Shown in pieces: positions 9,754 to 19,535 of a stretch of DNA of 64,000 nt. The DNA is from an uncultured Rhodobacteraceae bacterium (GTDB lineage: Bacteria; Pseudomonadota; Alphaproteobacteria; Rhodobacterales; Rhodobacteraceae), in assembly GCA_947501355.1 (NCBI GenBank), contig CANMVA010000001.1, positions 1,695,492-1,759,491 on the forward strand. Reading direction: 5' to 3'. Each line of letters begins with the position of its first letter. Within the stretch, counting starts at the first letter, position 1. Made by a program: the position numbers and the translations under genes. The notes below the pieces were generated by a model, which worked only from the letters and a program-made list of their open reading frames with translations, had not been told where the DNA came from and made no database searches.

Positions 9754-10068
9754 TTAATCCGTGGCGCGGGGCCGCTTGCGCGCCTCGCGGCGGTATTCTG
9801 CAACCTTGGCGTGGATGGCATCGGCCTCAACACGGCCCGCAAGGTCTGAAAGCAGCTTTTGCGTGATGCAGGCGCTGTCGGTGTCGTCAAGATGCGCAAT
9901 CACGACCTCACGCGAATAGGCTTTTGCCGCATCCCCGGTCAGTCCAAGCTGCTTTGCGGCCCAGTCGCCCAGCAACCTTGCGCGCCGGGCCAAGGCGCGG
10001 AACTGTTTTTCGGCGTCCTTGGCATGTTTCATCTCGAACGCCTGCTCGCGGGTGTCAAATAATGTCAT
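9754..10068 (-). CDS. second, diverged DUF1476 (zeta-like) paralogue
   Basis: MTLFDTREQAFEMKHAKDAEKQFRALARRARLLGDWAA aligns with the neighbouring gene. It carries a basic C-terminal tail (RREARKRPRATD). Start taken at ATG 10068. Confidence 0.75.
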   Translation of the reverse strand: MTLFDTREQAFEMKHAKDAEKQFRALARRARLLGDWAAKQLGLTGDAAKAYSREVVIAHLDDTDSACITQKLLSDLAGRVEADAIHAKVAEYRREARKRPRATD

Positions 10069-10281
10069 CGGTTGGGTCCCTCTCACTCACAACAGGCCAA
10101 GGGCTACGACAACGAGGCTTAACAAGGTCTTTCCAGCGCACACAAAACTGCGAAGGATTCGACGCGATCGGACAAGCCTTTGCTCACCATGGGTTATCCG
10201 CAGTTGCGGGTGTCGCGCCCTTGTCCTATACGGGCGCCACGCGTGTGGACCCTACCGAGCCCGCGCGAGAACGGAGTTTTC

Positions 10282-11043
10282 ATGGCGCGTCGCAAGAAGA
10301 TTTACGAGGGCAAGGCAAAGGTCTTGTATGAAGGCCCGGAGCCCGGCACCTTCGTGCAGTATTTCAAGGATGATGCCACCGCCTTCAACGCCGAGAAGAA
10401 GGACGTGATCGAAGGCAAGGGCGTGTTGAACAACCGCCTGTCCGAGTTCTTTATGATCGGGCTTGAGAATATCGGCGTGCCGACGCATTTCCTCAAGCGC
10501 CTCAATATGCGCGAGCAATTGATCCGTCAGGTTGAGATTATTCCGCTCGAAGTGATCGTGCGCAACTATGCCGCGGGCACGATGAGCAAACGTCTGGGCC
10601 TTGAGGAGGGCACGCGCCTGCCGCGCCCCATCGTCGAGTTTTGCTATAAAGATGACAGCCTTGGCGATCCGCTGGTCGCCGAAGAGCATATCATCGCCTT
10701 CAACTGGGCCACCCAACAGGATCTGGACGACATGGTCGCCCTGGCGTTGCGGGTCAACGATTTCATGTCCGGCCTGATGTATGGCGTCGGCATCAAGCTT
10801 GTCGATTTCAAGATCGAGATCGGGCGGCTTTGGGACAATGATTTCCAGCGCCTTGTCGTCGCCGATGAGATCAGCCCGGACAGCTGCCGTCTGTGGGACA
10901 TCGAGACGGGTCAGAAGCTCGACAAGGACGTGTTCCGACGCGATCTGGGATCGCTCGCGGATGCCTATACCGAAGTGGCGCGCCGGTTGGGCGTGCTGCC
11001 ATCCAATGCCACGCATATGCCAAAGCCGACACTGATTAACTAA
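10282..11043 (+). CDS. purC: phosphoribosylaminoimidazole-succinocarboxamide (SAICAR) synthase
   Basis: [31 protein letters not shown] and [12 protein letters not shown]. Start at the internal ATG 10282. Confidence 0.95.
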   Translation: MARRKKIYEGKAKVLYEGPEPGTFVQYFKDDATAFNAEKKDVIEGKGVLNNRLSEFFMIGLENIGVPTHFLKRLNMREQLIRQVEIIPLEVIVRNYAAGTMSKRLGLEEGTRLPRPIVEFCYKDDSLGDPLVAEEHIIAFNWATQQDLDDMVALALRVNDFMSGLMYGVGIKLVDFKIEIGRLWDNDFQRLVVADEISPDSCRLWDIETGQKLDKDVFRRDLGSLADAYTEVARRLGVLPSNATHMPKPTLIN

Positions 11044-11054
11044 GGAACAGGGCC

Positions 11055-11285
11055 ATGAAAGCACGGGTTCATGTGATGCTGAAAAACGGGGTTCTGGACC
11101 CGCAAGGCGAGGCGGTGAAACACGCGCTTGGCACGCTTGGGTTCGACGGTGTCGAAGGGGTCCGCCAAGGCAAGGTGATCGAGCTTGATCTGGCCGATGG
11201 CACCTCCGAGGCGACGGTCACCGAAATGTGCGAGAAGCTGCTCGCGAACACGGTCATCGAAAGCTACTCAGTCGAGCTGGTCTGA
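11055..11285 (+). CDS. purS: phosphoribosylformylglycinamidine synthase subunit PurS
   Basis: 76 aa, [15 protein letters not shown]. Confidence 0.93.
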   Translation: MKARVHVMLKNGVLDPQGEAVKHALGTLGFDGVEGVRQGKVIELDLADGTSEATVTEMCEKLLANTVIESYSVELV

Positions 11286-11953
11286 TGCGCGCGGCGGTTC
11301 TGGTCTTTCCCGGCTCCAACTGCGACCGCGATATGGCGGTGGCGCTGAAAGCCGCTGGTGCCGAGGTTCAGATGGTCTGGCACAAGGATGCCGATCTGCC
11401 TGCGGGTGTTGACGTTGTCGCCGTGCCGGGCGGCTTTTCCTTTGGGGATTACCTGCGTTGTGGGGCCATTGCCGCGCAATCGCCGATCTGCAAGGCGCTG
11501 GTCGCTCATGTGGAACGGGGTGGGTATGCGTTGGGGGTGTGCAACGGCTTTCAGGTTCTGACTGAGACCGGCCTTCTCCCCGGCGCGTTGATGCGCAATG
11601 CGGGGCTGAAATTTGTCTGCAAATCCATCGGGTTGGAGGTTGTCACCTCTGCTTCGGCCTTCACGGAAGGCTACAATGCAGGCGACGTGTTGAGTATCCC
11701 GGTCGCTCATCACGACGGCAATTATGTGGCCGATGAAGCGACGCTGGCCCAGTTGCGTGATCAGGATCGCGTGGCGTTTCACTATACCGAGAACCCCAAT
11801 GGCTCGACTGCGGATATCGCGGGCATTCTGTCGGAAAACCGCCGTGTTCTGGGGATGATGCCCCATCCCGAACGGGCGGTGGATGCGGCCCATGGGGGCA
11901 CCGACGGGCAGGCGCTTTTCCGCACATTGGTCGGACAGCTCGAAAACGTGTGA
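11285..11953 (+). CDS. purQ: phosphoribosylformylglycinamidine synthase, glutaminase subunit PurQ
   Basis: [23 protein letters not shown] (catalytic Cys) and MMPHPER. The ATG overlaps the purS stop (ATGA-type junction). Confidence 0.95.
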   Translation: MRAAVLVFPGSNCDRDMAVALKAAGAEVQMVWHKDADLPAGVDVVAVPGGFSFGDYLRCGAIAAQSPICKALVAHVERGGYALGVCNGFQVLTETGLLPGALMRNAGLKFVCKSIGLEVVTSASAFTEGYNAGDVLSIPVAHHDGNYVADEATLAQLRDQDRVAFHYTENPNGSTADIAGILSENRRVLGMMPHPERAVDAAHGGTDGQALFRTLVGQLENV

Positions 11954-11989
11954 CTTGAGCGGGGCGGGCAGGGCGCGTAACCTCCGCCC

Positions 11990-13774
11990 ATGAGCCTGCC
12001 AGCCAATCCAGATGCCAAACGTGACCCGACCCGCGCCGAGCGTGACCTGACGCGCCCGTTGTCATGGCGTGCGCGTCTGGCGCTTTTGGTGCTTGCGATC
12101 TTTGCAGGCACCACGGTCTGGCTGACAAATTCCCTTTTGACAGAACGGTTTACCGAAAGCACCAAGAACCGGGCAGAGCTGCGTCTGGCGCTCTATGCGG
12201 GCAACCTGATGTCCGAGATTCAGCGCAACTCGATTGTGCCGCAATTGCTGGCACGGGACCCGGCACTGATCGGGGCGCTGGCGTCATCAGATTACTCCCA
12301 ATCGACCCAGCGTCTGTTGTCCTTCGTCGAGGAGATCGAGGCGAAATCCCTGATGCTGCTGGATGGTGACGGTCGGGCGGTGGCGGTCAGCGAGCGCGAA
12401 CAGCTGGGCTCCATCCACCGAACGGAGCCCTATTTCGTGAACGCGCTGCGCTCCAATGACACGGTGTTCAGCATTATCCAGACCGATACGGGCGCTTACC
12501 GCTTCACCTATTCGCGCAAGATCGAGTTCAACGCGCTGACACTGGGCGTGATCCTGGTGGAGGTCGACCTGCGCCAGTTTGAGCTGAGCTGGGCGGGTAT
12601 TTCCGATGCTGTGATCGTCACCAATTCCGAAGGCACCGTGATCCTCGCCACCGAGCCGCGCTGGCGCGGACGCACCGAAGAAGAGGCCTTGGCCCTGCAA
12701 TCGGCACCCTCGGCTATTGAGCGCGCGATCTGGGCGGCAGGCGATTGGACGAACCAATCGGTGGACGCTTATATCAGCGGTCGCGCGGTGATGCGGCTTG
12801 AGAACCGTTTGCCGTTCCAAGGCTGGAAAATCGCGTCATTCACGACCTATGCGTCGGTACGCGAACGGGTCAACGGGGTGCTAGCGCTCGAGATCATGGG
12901 CTTTGCGATTCTGCTGGCGCTGGCCTTTTATTCGGTCAGCCGCAGGGCCACGTCGCGGCTGGTCTCGGTCCGGCTGGAATCGGCTGAACTTCGCCAGTTA
13001 AACGCCCGGCTACAGCGGGAAATCGCCGAACGGGAGAGGGTCGAAAAGAACCTGCAAAGCGCCGAACAGACCCTTGCGCAAAGCTCAAAACTCGCCGCCT
13101 TGGGCGAGATGTCGGCGGCGGTGAGTCATGAGTTGAATCAACCGCTTGCAGCGATGAAGACCTACCTGGCGGGGGCCAAGCTGCTGCTGCAACGCAAGCG
13201 CCCGGACGAGGCGCTCAGTTCCTTCCAGCGGATCGACGATCTGATCGGTCGGATGGGGGCCATCACCCGCCAGCTCAAATCCTATGCCCGCAAGTCCGGT
13301 GATGTGCTGGAGCCCTTGGATTTAAGGGATGCGGTGAAAGGTGCGCTCACCATGATGGAGCCGCAATTGCGCCGCCGCACAGTCGAGATCAGCAAGACGC
13401 TGCCGCAGGAGCCGGTCATGGTGATGGGCGATGCCCTACGCATCGAACAGGTGATTATCAACCTGCTGCGCAACGCCCTGGATGCCACTCAGGCAGAGGC
13501 AGAGCCGCGGATTGATCTGCTGCTCTCGGTCGGGGAAACCGCAACCCTGACCGTGCGTGACAACGGGCAGGGGATTGATGACCTCGATGAGCTTTTTGAG
13601 CCGTTCTACACCACGAAGCGGCCAGGCGACGGGGTCGGGCTTGGTCTTGCCATCTCGTCAGGCATCGTCAAGGACTTGGGCGGGCGGTTGACTGCAAGGA
13701 ATGCCGCCAGCAAGGGGGCGGTCTTTGACGTCCAATTGCCATTATTAGAGGCCTCAGCCGAGGCCGCAGAATGA
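11990..13774 (+). CDS. DctB-type sensor histidine kinase
   Basis: N-terminal TM helix, ~270-aa periplasmic region, second TM helix, H-box SHELNQPLAAM, then an HATPase_c region (RDNGQGI, GVGLGLAIS). 594 aa. Confidence 0.85.
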   Translation: MSLPANPDAKRDPTRAERDLTRPLSWRARLALLVLAIFAGTTVWLTNSLLTERFTESTKNRAELRLALYAGNLMSEIQRNSIVPQLLARDPALIGALASSDYSQSTQRLLSFVEEIEAKSLMLLDGDGRAVAVSEREQLGSIHRTEPYFVNALRSNDTVFSIIQTDTGAYRFTYSRKIEFNALTLGVILVEVDLRQFELSWAGISDAVIVTNSEGTVILATEPRWRGRTEEEALALQSAPSAIERAIWAAGDWTNQSVDAYISGRAVMRLENRLPFQGWKIASFTTYASVRERVNGVLALEIMGFAILLALAFYSVSRRATSRLVSVRLESAELRQLNARLQREIAERERVEKNLQSAEQTLAQSSKLAALGEMSAAVSHELNQPLAAMKTYLAGAKLLLQRKRPDEALSSFQRIDDLIGRMGAITRQLKSYARKSGDVLEPLDLRDAVKGALTMMEPQLRRRTVEISKTLPQEPVMVMGDALRIEQVIINLLRNALDATQAEAEPRIDLLLSVGETATLTVRDNGQGIDDLDELFEPFYTTKRPGDGVGLGLAISSGIVKDLGGRLTARNAASKGAVFDVQLPLLEASAEAAE

Positions 13775-13784
13775 GAGGTGCAGA

Positions 13785-15116
13785 ATGGCACGTCCGATGA
13801 AAATTGCGATTGTAGATGACGAGCAGGATATGCGTCAGTCGATCAGCCAGTGGCTGGCCCTGTCGGGATATGACACCGAAACCTTCGCCAGCGCCGAAGA
13901 TGCGCTGAAAGGGCTCAGCAATGACTACCCCGGTGTTGTAGTCAGCGACATCAAGATGCCCGGTATGGACGGGATGCAGTTTCTGAAGCGATTGATGTCT
14001 GTCGATAGCGGTCTGCCGGTGATCATGATCACGGGGCATGGCGATGTGCCGATGGCAGTGGAAGCGATGCGCGTTGGCGCGTTCGATTTTCTGGAAAAGC
14101 CGTTCAACCCGGACAGGATGACCGAGCTTGCCAAACGCGCCACGCAGATGCGCCGCATGACGCTGGATAACCGCGTGCTGCGCAAAGAGTTGTCCGATGG
14201 CGGCGCGCTGATGCGCAAGCTGATTGGGTCATCGCCCGTTATGGAACGTCTGCGCGAGGATATCCTCGATCTCGGCCAAGCCGATGGTCACGTCCTGATC
14301 GAAGGGGAGACCGGTACCGGCAAAACCCTTGTTGCCCATGCGCTGCATGCGGTGGGGGCGCGGGCCTCCAAGAAATTCGTGCTGATCAGCTGCGGGGCTT
14401 ATGACGAAGACGCGCTGGCCCAGAGGCTCTTTGGCCCTGTCGAAGATGACAGCCCGATCCCCGCAATCGAGGAAGCCCGCGGCGGCACCTTGGTGCTGGA
14501 GGATATCGAAGCGCTGTCGGATGCCTTGCAGGCCAAGCTGCTGACGGTTATCAACGATCAAGGCACCCCTGCAGAGACACGGATTGTCGCGATCTCCAAC
14601 TTGCAGGAACGCGGCAAGACCTCCGAGGATGTGCTGCGCGGCGATCTCTTCTACCGCCTTGCGGCGCTCAAGATCACCGTGCCGCCACTGCGCCAGCGCG
14701 GTGAGGATATCCTGACGCTCTTTACGCGGCTGTCAGAGCAATACGCCGATGACTACGGTTGCGATGCGCCTGAAATCAGCGCGCAGGAAGCGGCACAACT
14801 GTTGCAAGCCCCGTGGCCCGGCAATGTGCGTCAGCTGATCAACGTGGCTGAGCGCGCGGTGCTGCAGAACCGCCGTGGCTCCGGTTCCATCGCAAGCCTC
14901 TTGATGGCGGACAATGAAGAAGCCGCGCCGACCATGACGACCGAAGGCAAACCGCTGAAAGAATATGTCGAAGCGTTCGAGCGGATGCTGATCGACAACA
15001 CGATGCGGCGGCATAAAGGCTCTATCGTCAATGTCATGGACGAGCTGCAATTGCCGCGTCGGACCCTGAACGAGAAGATGGCGAAATACGGGTTGCAGCG
15101 GTCAGATTACCTCTGA
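13785..15116 (+). CDS. NtrC/DctD-family response regulator (receiver, AAA+ and Fis-type HTH domains) lacking a GAFTGA loop
   Basis: Receiver domain (IVDDE, SDIKMPGMDG), Walker A GETGTGKT, GNVRQL, and a C-terminal HTH. The position where ESELFGHEKGAFTGA is expected reads AQRLFGPVEDDSPIPA. Confidence 0.88.
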   Translation: MARPMKIAIVDDEQDMRQSISQWLALSGYDTETFASAEDALKGLSNDYPGVVVSDIKMPGMDGMQFLKRLMSVDSGLPVIMITGHGDVPMAVEAMRVGAFDFLEKPFNPDRMTELAKRATQMRRMTLDNRVLRKELSDGGALMRKLIGSSPVMERLREDILDLGQADGHVLIEGETGTGKTLVAHALHAVGARASKKFVLISCGAYDEDALAQRLFGPVEDDSPIPAIEEARGGTLVLEDIEALSDALQAKLLTVINDQGTPAETRIVAISNLQERGKTSEDVLRGDLFYRLAALKITVPPLRQRGEDILTLFTRLSEQYADDYGCDAPEISAQEAAQLLQAPWPGNVRQLINVAERAVLQNRRGSGSIASLLMADNEEAAPTMTTEGKPLKEYVEAFERMLIDNTMRRHKGSIVNVMDELQLPRRTLNEKMAKYGLQRSDYL

Positions 15117-15591
15117 CGTCAGCGGAAACTTCGCACATCTTAAAGTTGAAACGCCAGAGTCCTGCTATTTTGCTGGGCTTTGGCGCTCAATTCGACCCCG
15201 CATACATTTGGCCATTGTAATGATCGCGTAACGTCCCTTATGTTAGCGATAAGCAGCACGTGTCTTATGACACCTCTGCGCTTTAGACAGATTTGCCGTC
15301 CTGAGCGTTTCGCGTGCGCAATCACGCCCTCTGAGACGGATGCAAGTTCTGGTTTTGCCAAATGCGGCGAGACCTGTGAAATGCCCGAGACGCTCAGCGC
15401 CGGGTCGTAAATGGGCAGGGGACACCCTGTCGGAGAAGAAACGCGATGCAACGCGCGACAGACATGAGGGACGCAGCAGAGGGCCACGCCGCCCATGCGC
15501 TCCCTATGCGCGTCCTCGCCATCACCAGACACCACCCGCAAACGCTCGCTCCCCCAGGGGAGGGGTCTTTGCCGCGGTGCACAGAGAAAAC

Positions 15592-18240
15592 ATGGCTAAG
15601 AAAATGCTTATCGACGCCACCCACGCGGAAGAAACCCGCGTAGTGGTGGTTGACGGAAACAAGGTCGAGGAGTTCGACTTTGAATCCGAAAACAAACGCC
15701 AGCTTGCTGGCAACATCTACCTTGCAAAAGTAACACGGGTTGAGCCGTCGCTTCAGGCGGCGTTCGTGGATTATGGCGGAAACCGGCACGGTTTTCTGGC
15801 GTTTTCCGAAATTCACCCTGATTACTATCAGATTCCCGTTGCGGATCGCGAAGCTCTCATGGCCGAAGAAAAAGCCTATGCTGAGCAGCTGAAAGCCGAC
15901 GCCGAGGAGGAGAAAGACAAGCCCAAACGCGGTCGCGGACGCCGCCGCAGCAAGGCCAAGGCCGAAGAGGTCAAGGTCGAGGACGCGGTCGAAACCGCAG
16001 ATGTGATGGTCGAGGACGACGCGCCCAACGGGATGGAAACCATCGATCTGGACAGCTCTGACGAAGGGCTCTCCCCGATGGAGACGGTCGCTGAGACGCC
16101 GGTTGATACCCCTGAAACTTCTGAAGAGACATCAGAGGATGACGCGGACACGGGCGCCTCTGACGAGGAGAACGACGAGAAGGGCGCAGATGCGACATCG
16201 AAAGATGACAGCATCGAGTCTGTGGCCGATGAGGATGACAGCGAAGACATTCGCCCCGCGCGCAAACCGCGTCCGCGGCGCTATAAAATCCAGGAAGTCA
16301 TCAAGGTGCGTCAGATCCTGCTGGTGCAGGTCGTCAAGGAAGAGCGGGGCAACAAGGGTGCCGCACTGACCACCTATCTGTCGCTGGCCGGTCGCTATTG
16401 CGTGCTGATGCCCAACACCGCACGCGGTGGTGGTATCTCTCGCAAGATCACCAATGCCGCCGACCGCAAGAAACTCAAAGAAATCGCCAACGAGATCGAA
16501 GTGCCCGATGGCGCAGGTCTGATCGTGCGCACGGCCGGTGCCAAGCGCACCAAGTCCGAGATCAAGCGCGACTACGAATATCTCCAGCGCCTCTGGGAAG
16601 AAATCCGCGCGCTGACGCTCAAATCCATCGCGCCTGCGAAGATTTACGAGGAAGGCGACCTGATCAAGCGCTCGATCCGTGATCTTTACAATCGCGAGAT
16701 TGATGAGGTTTTCGTCGAAGGCGAAGCGGGCTACCGCGTGGCCAAGGACTTCATGAAAATGATCATGCCGTCCCACGCAAAGAACGTGAAGCACTACACC
16801 GATCCGCTGCCGCTATTCGCGCGCTATCAGGTGGAAAGCTATCTGGCGGGCATGTTTAATCCGACCGTTCAGCTGAAATCCGGTGGCTATATCGTGATCG
16901 GCGTGACCGAGGCTTTGGTTGCGATCGACGTGAACTCCGGCCGGGCCACGAAAGAAGGCTCGATCGAGGAAACAGCGCTTAAGACCAATCTTGAAGCCGC
17001 TGAGGAAGTCGCGCGCCAGCTGCGTCTGCGCGACCTTGCAGGCCTTATCGTGATCGACTTCATCGATATGGACGAGCGCCGCAACAACACCGCTGTTGAA
17101 AAGCGGATGAAGGACAAACTCAAAACGGATCGTGCCCGCATTCAGGTCGGTCGGATCTCTGGCTTCGGCTTGATGGAGATGTCCCGCCAGCGCCTGCGCC
17201 CCGGCATGATCGAGGCGACGACCCAGCCCTGTCCGCATTGCCACGGCACCGGACTCTTGCGCTCGGACGACAACCTCGCCCTGTCGATCCTGCGTCAGCT
17301 GGAAGAGGAAGGCGTGCGCGGACGCTCCAAGGAAGTTCTGGTGAAAGCGCCTGTCGCGATCATCAATTTCCTGATGAACAACAAGCGCGAGCATATCGCC
17401 CAGATCGAAGCGCGCTACGGCCTGTCCGTACGCCTTGAGGGCGACCCGATGATGGTCTCCCCCGACTTCTCAATCGAGAAATACAAGACCGCGACGCGCC
17501 GTGTGGCCGAACGTGTCGCGCCAGTGGTGTCGGTTGATTCCTCCATCATGGATGACATCGACGACGCGGTTGAGTTGGACGCAGACGAAGCGCCGGAAGC
17601 GCAAGGCGCGCCTGCGGCTGAGGAAAGCGCAGATGGTGATCAGCAGCCCCGCAAACGCCGTCGTCGCCGGCGTCGTCGTCGTGGGGGCGGTGGCAATGGC
17701 GACCAGCAGCATTCGGAGGATCAATCCCCCGATGGCGCACCCCAGGGTGAGCCCGCAGAGCAAGACGCTGCACAGGCGGAAACTCCGTCCGAGGAAGCGA
17801 CCGAGGCCGAAGAAAAGCCAAAGAAACGCACCCGCACCCGCCGCAAGAAATCGGATGACGCTCCGAAAGAAGCTGTTGCTGCAGAGGCCGCGCCCGCAGA
17901 TGAGGCAGCGTCGGACGAGGTGAAAGCCGAAGAGGCCAAGCCCAAGGGCCGCAAACCCAAGGCGGCAAAGGTGGAAGAGCCTGCCGCCGAGGATGCGCTT
18001 GAGGACAAGCCCAAAAAGCGCGCCCCGCGCAAGCGCAAGGCGCCCGCCAAGGAAGAGGCCGCAGCAGAGGCAGCACCGGTGCCCGAAATGGCCGAAGCCG
18101 CCCCAGAAACCAAGGCCGCAGCGCCCGCACCCCAGCCCGAGCCTGAGCCCGTGGCAGAGGTCGCAACAGCGCAACCCGAACCGGCCCCGGTCAAGGACGA
18201 CAAGCCCAAGAAGAAGGGCTGGTGGTCGATGGGTCGCTGA
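15592..18240 (+). CDS. rne: ribonuclease E
   Basis: MAKKMLIDATHAEETRVVVVDGNKVEEFDFE, LVAIDVNSG, IVIDFIDM and the Zn-link CPHCHGTG. The C-terminal half is long and low-complexity. Start at ATG 15592, not at the 15340 ORF start. Confidence 0.95.
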   Translation: MAKKMLIDATHAEETRVVVVDGNKVEEFDFESENKRQLAGNIYLAKVTRVEPSLQAAFVDYGGNRHGFLAFSEIHPDYYQIPVADREALMAEEKAYAEQLKADAEEEKDKPKRGRGRRRSKAKAEEVKVEDAVETADVMVEDDAPNGMETIDLDSSDEGLSPMETVAETPVDTPETSEETSEDDADTGASDEENDEKGADATSKDDSIESVADEDDSEDIRPARKPRPRRYKIQEVIKVRQILLVQVVKEERGNKGAALTTYLSLAGRYCVLMPNTARGGGISRKITNAADRKKLKEIANEIEVPDGAGLIVRTAGAKRTKSEIKRDYEYLQRLWEEIRALTLKSIAPAKIYEEGDLIKRSIRDLYNREIDEVFVEGEAGYRVAKDFMKMIMPSHAKNVKHYTDPLPLFARYQVESYLAGMFNPTVQLKSGGYIVIGVTEALVAIDVNSGRATKEGSIEETALKTNLEAAEEVARQLRLRDLAGLIVIDFIDMDERRNNTAVEKRMKDKLKTDRARIQVGRISGFGLMEMSRQRLRPGMIEATTQPCPHCHGTGLLRSDDNLALSILRQLEEEGVRGRSKEVLVKAPVAIINFLMNNKREHIAQIEARYGLSVRLEGDPMMVSPDFSIEKYKTATRRVAERVAPVVSVDSSIMDDIDDAVELDADEAPEAQGAPAAEESADGDQQPRKRRRRRRRRRGGGGNGDQQHSEDQSPDGAPQGEPAEQDAAQAETPSEEATEAEEKPKKRTRTRRKKSDDAPKEAVAAEAAPADEAASDEVKAEEAKPKGRKPKAAKVEEPAAEDALEDKPKKRAPRKRKAPAKEEAAAEAAPVPEMAEAAPETKAAAPAPQPEPEPVAEVATAQPEPAPVKDDKPKKKGWWSMGR

Positions 18241-19217
18241 TGGCGCGTATCGTTGTCACAGGTGGCTGTGGATTTTTGGGCCAGCGTCTTGCGCTGGCCC
18301 TTCTTGCAAAAAAGCACTTCGATCTGCCCGATGGCAGCACAATCGAAACCTCTGACATTGTCCTCGCCGACCGCCCGGGCGCGTCGCTCGTAGCCGCGCT
18401 GGAGGGGCGGGTCAGCGTGGTGCCTGTCGACATCACCGATGCGGCACAAGTGGCCGGGCTTATCGACGCGGATACGGCACTGGTCTATCACCTCGCGGCT
18501 GTCGTCAGCGGGCAGGCAGAGGCCGAATTTGATCTCGGCCTGACCGTTAATTTTGACGGCACCCGGAATGTGCTCGATGCTGCTCGCGCGCTGGAACGAA
18601 ACGTCCCCGTGATCGGAACGTCCTCGCTCGCCGTCTTTGGTGGCACGTTGCCGGATGTGCTGACCGAGGCCACCGCGACCCATCCGGGCAATTCCTACGG
18701 CATGGCCAAGGCGATGTCCGAGATGCTGATGAGCGACTATCGCCGCAAAGGATTTGCCGAAGCGCGGACCTTGCGCTTGCCGACAATCATCGTGCGCCCC
18801 GGCGCGCCAAATGCGGCGGCATCGTCTTTTGCGTCGGGTATCTTCCGCGAGCCGTTGATGGGCCAGCCCTCGGTCTGCCCGGTTTCGCCAGACCTCGAGA
18901 TGTGGCTGGCCTCACCGGAAACCGCCATCGCCGCGCTGATCCGCGCCGCCGAAGTGCCGGCAGCAGACTGGCCGGCCTTCAGTGCGTTGAATGTGCCCGG
19001 CGTGACTGCGACCGTGGAGCAGATGTTGGACGCCTTGGAAGAGGTCGGCGGATCAGAGGCCCGCGCCCGCGTTACGATGCAACCTGATGCAAAGATCGAG
19101 ACGATTGTCGGCACATGGCCGTCAGCGTTCGACACCGCGTTGGCGGACGGGCTTGGTTTCGAAGGTGACAAGTCTGTGCGAGAGATCGTTCAGCGGTTCA
19201 AGGACGGGCTGACTTAG
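18240..19217 (+). CDS. NAD-dependent epimerase/dehydratase (extended SDR) family protein
   Basis: MARIVVTGGCGFLGQRL Rossmann motif and a YGMAK (YxxxK) catalytic motif. The ATG shares one nucleotide with the rne stop (TGATG). Confidence 0.85.
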   Translation: MARIVVTGGCGFLGQRLALALLAKKHFDLPDGSTIETSDIVLADRPGASLVAALEGRVSVVPVDITDAAQVAGLIDADTALVYHLAAVVSGQAEAEFDLGLTVNFDGTRNVLDAARALERNVPVIGTSSLAVFGGTLPDVLTEATATHPGNSYGMAKAMSEMLMSDYRRKGFAEARTLRLPTIIVRPGAPNAAASSFASGIFREPLMGQPSVCPVSPDLEMWLASPETAIAALIRAAEVPAADWPAFSALNVPGVTATVEQMLDALEEVGGSEARARVTMQPDAKIETIVGTWPSAFDTALADGLGFEGDKSVREIVQRFKDGLT

Positions 19218-19441
19218 GTTTTGCGGATTTCATAGACCTGATGGGTCTCTGTATCAGATTGCTGCACAAGCTCATGGCCGCTCTCCACGCAGAAATGCGG
19301 GATGTCCACGATGGCAGCCGGATCATCGGCCAAGACGGTCAATACATCGCCTTTCGCCAGCGATTTCAGTCGCTTGCGGGCTTTGAGAACGGGCAGGGGG
19401 CAGAGAAGCCCGGTGGCATCCAAGGTCAGATCGTCGCTCAT
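19214..19441 (-). CDS. tusA: TusA/SirA-family sulfurtransferase
   Basis: 75 aa, LDATGLLCPLPVLKARKRL (CPxP motif). Confidence 0.85.
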   Translation of the reverse strand: MSDDLTLDATGLLCPLPVLKARKRLKSLAKGDVLTVLADDPAAIVDIPHFCVESGHELVQQSDTETHQVYEIRKT

Positions 19442-19535
19442 GCCTTGCGATATGGCGCGGGTGTTACAACTTGTCCACTAACTTGTGAGCGCCCGGCGCG
19501 TGACGCGCCTTGCGCAATGGCCTATTGGGGAAGAC

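Noticed and set aside
10069-10281. ZTP (pfl) or purine riboswitch upstream of purC, and likewise upstream of purM at 677..793
   Set aside because: I looked for the conserved ZTP pseudoknot strand (CCGCCTGGGC-like) and for purine-riboswitch loop motifs and found none. The regions are probably plain promoters.
15340-15591. N-terminal extensions offered by the ORF track (for example rne from 15340, the DUF2182 gene from 30196, aglA from 57037, the MscK-like gene from 42274, and the SBP gene to 29415)
   Set aside because: The extensions are Arg/Pro-rich, overlap neighbouring genes or divergent promoters, and lack SD sequences. Internal ATGs coincide with canonical protein N-termini or signal peptides, and usually with a GGAG-type SD or stop/start coupling.
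17650-17694. CGT/CGC/CGG trinucleotide run that looks like a microsatellite or array
   Set aside because: It is in frame within rne and encodes the RKR9G4 tract. It is a single run with no spacer-repeat organisation and is not a CRISPR or a non-coding repeat.
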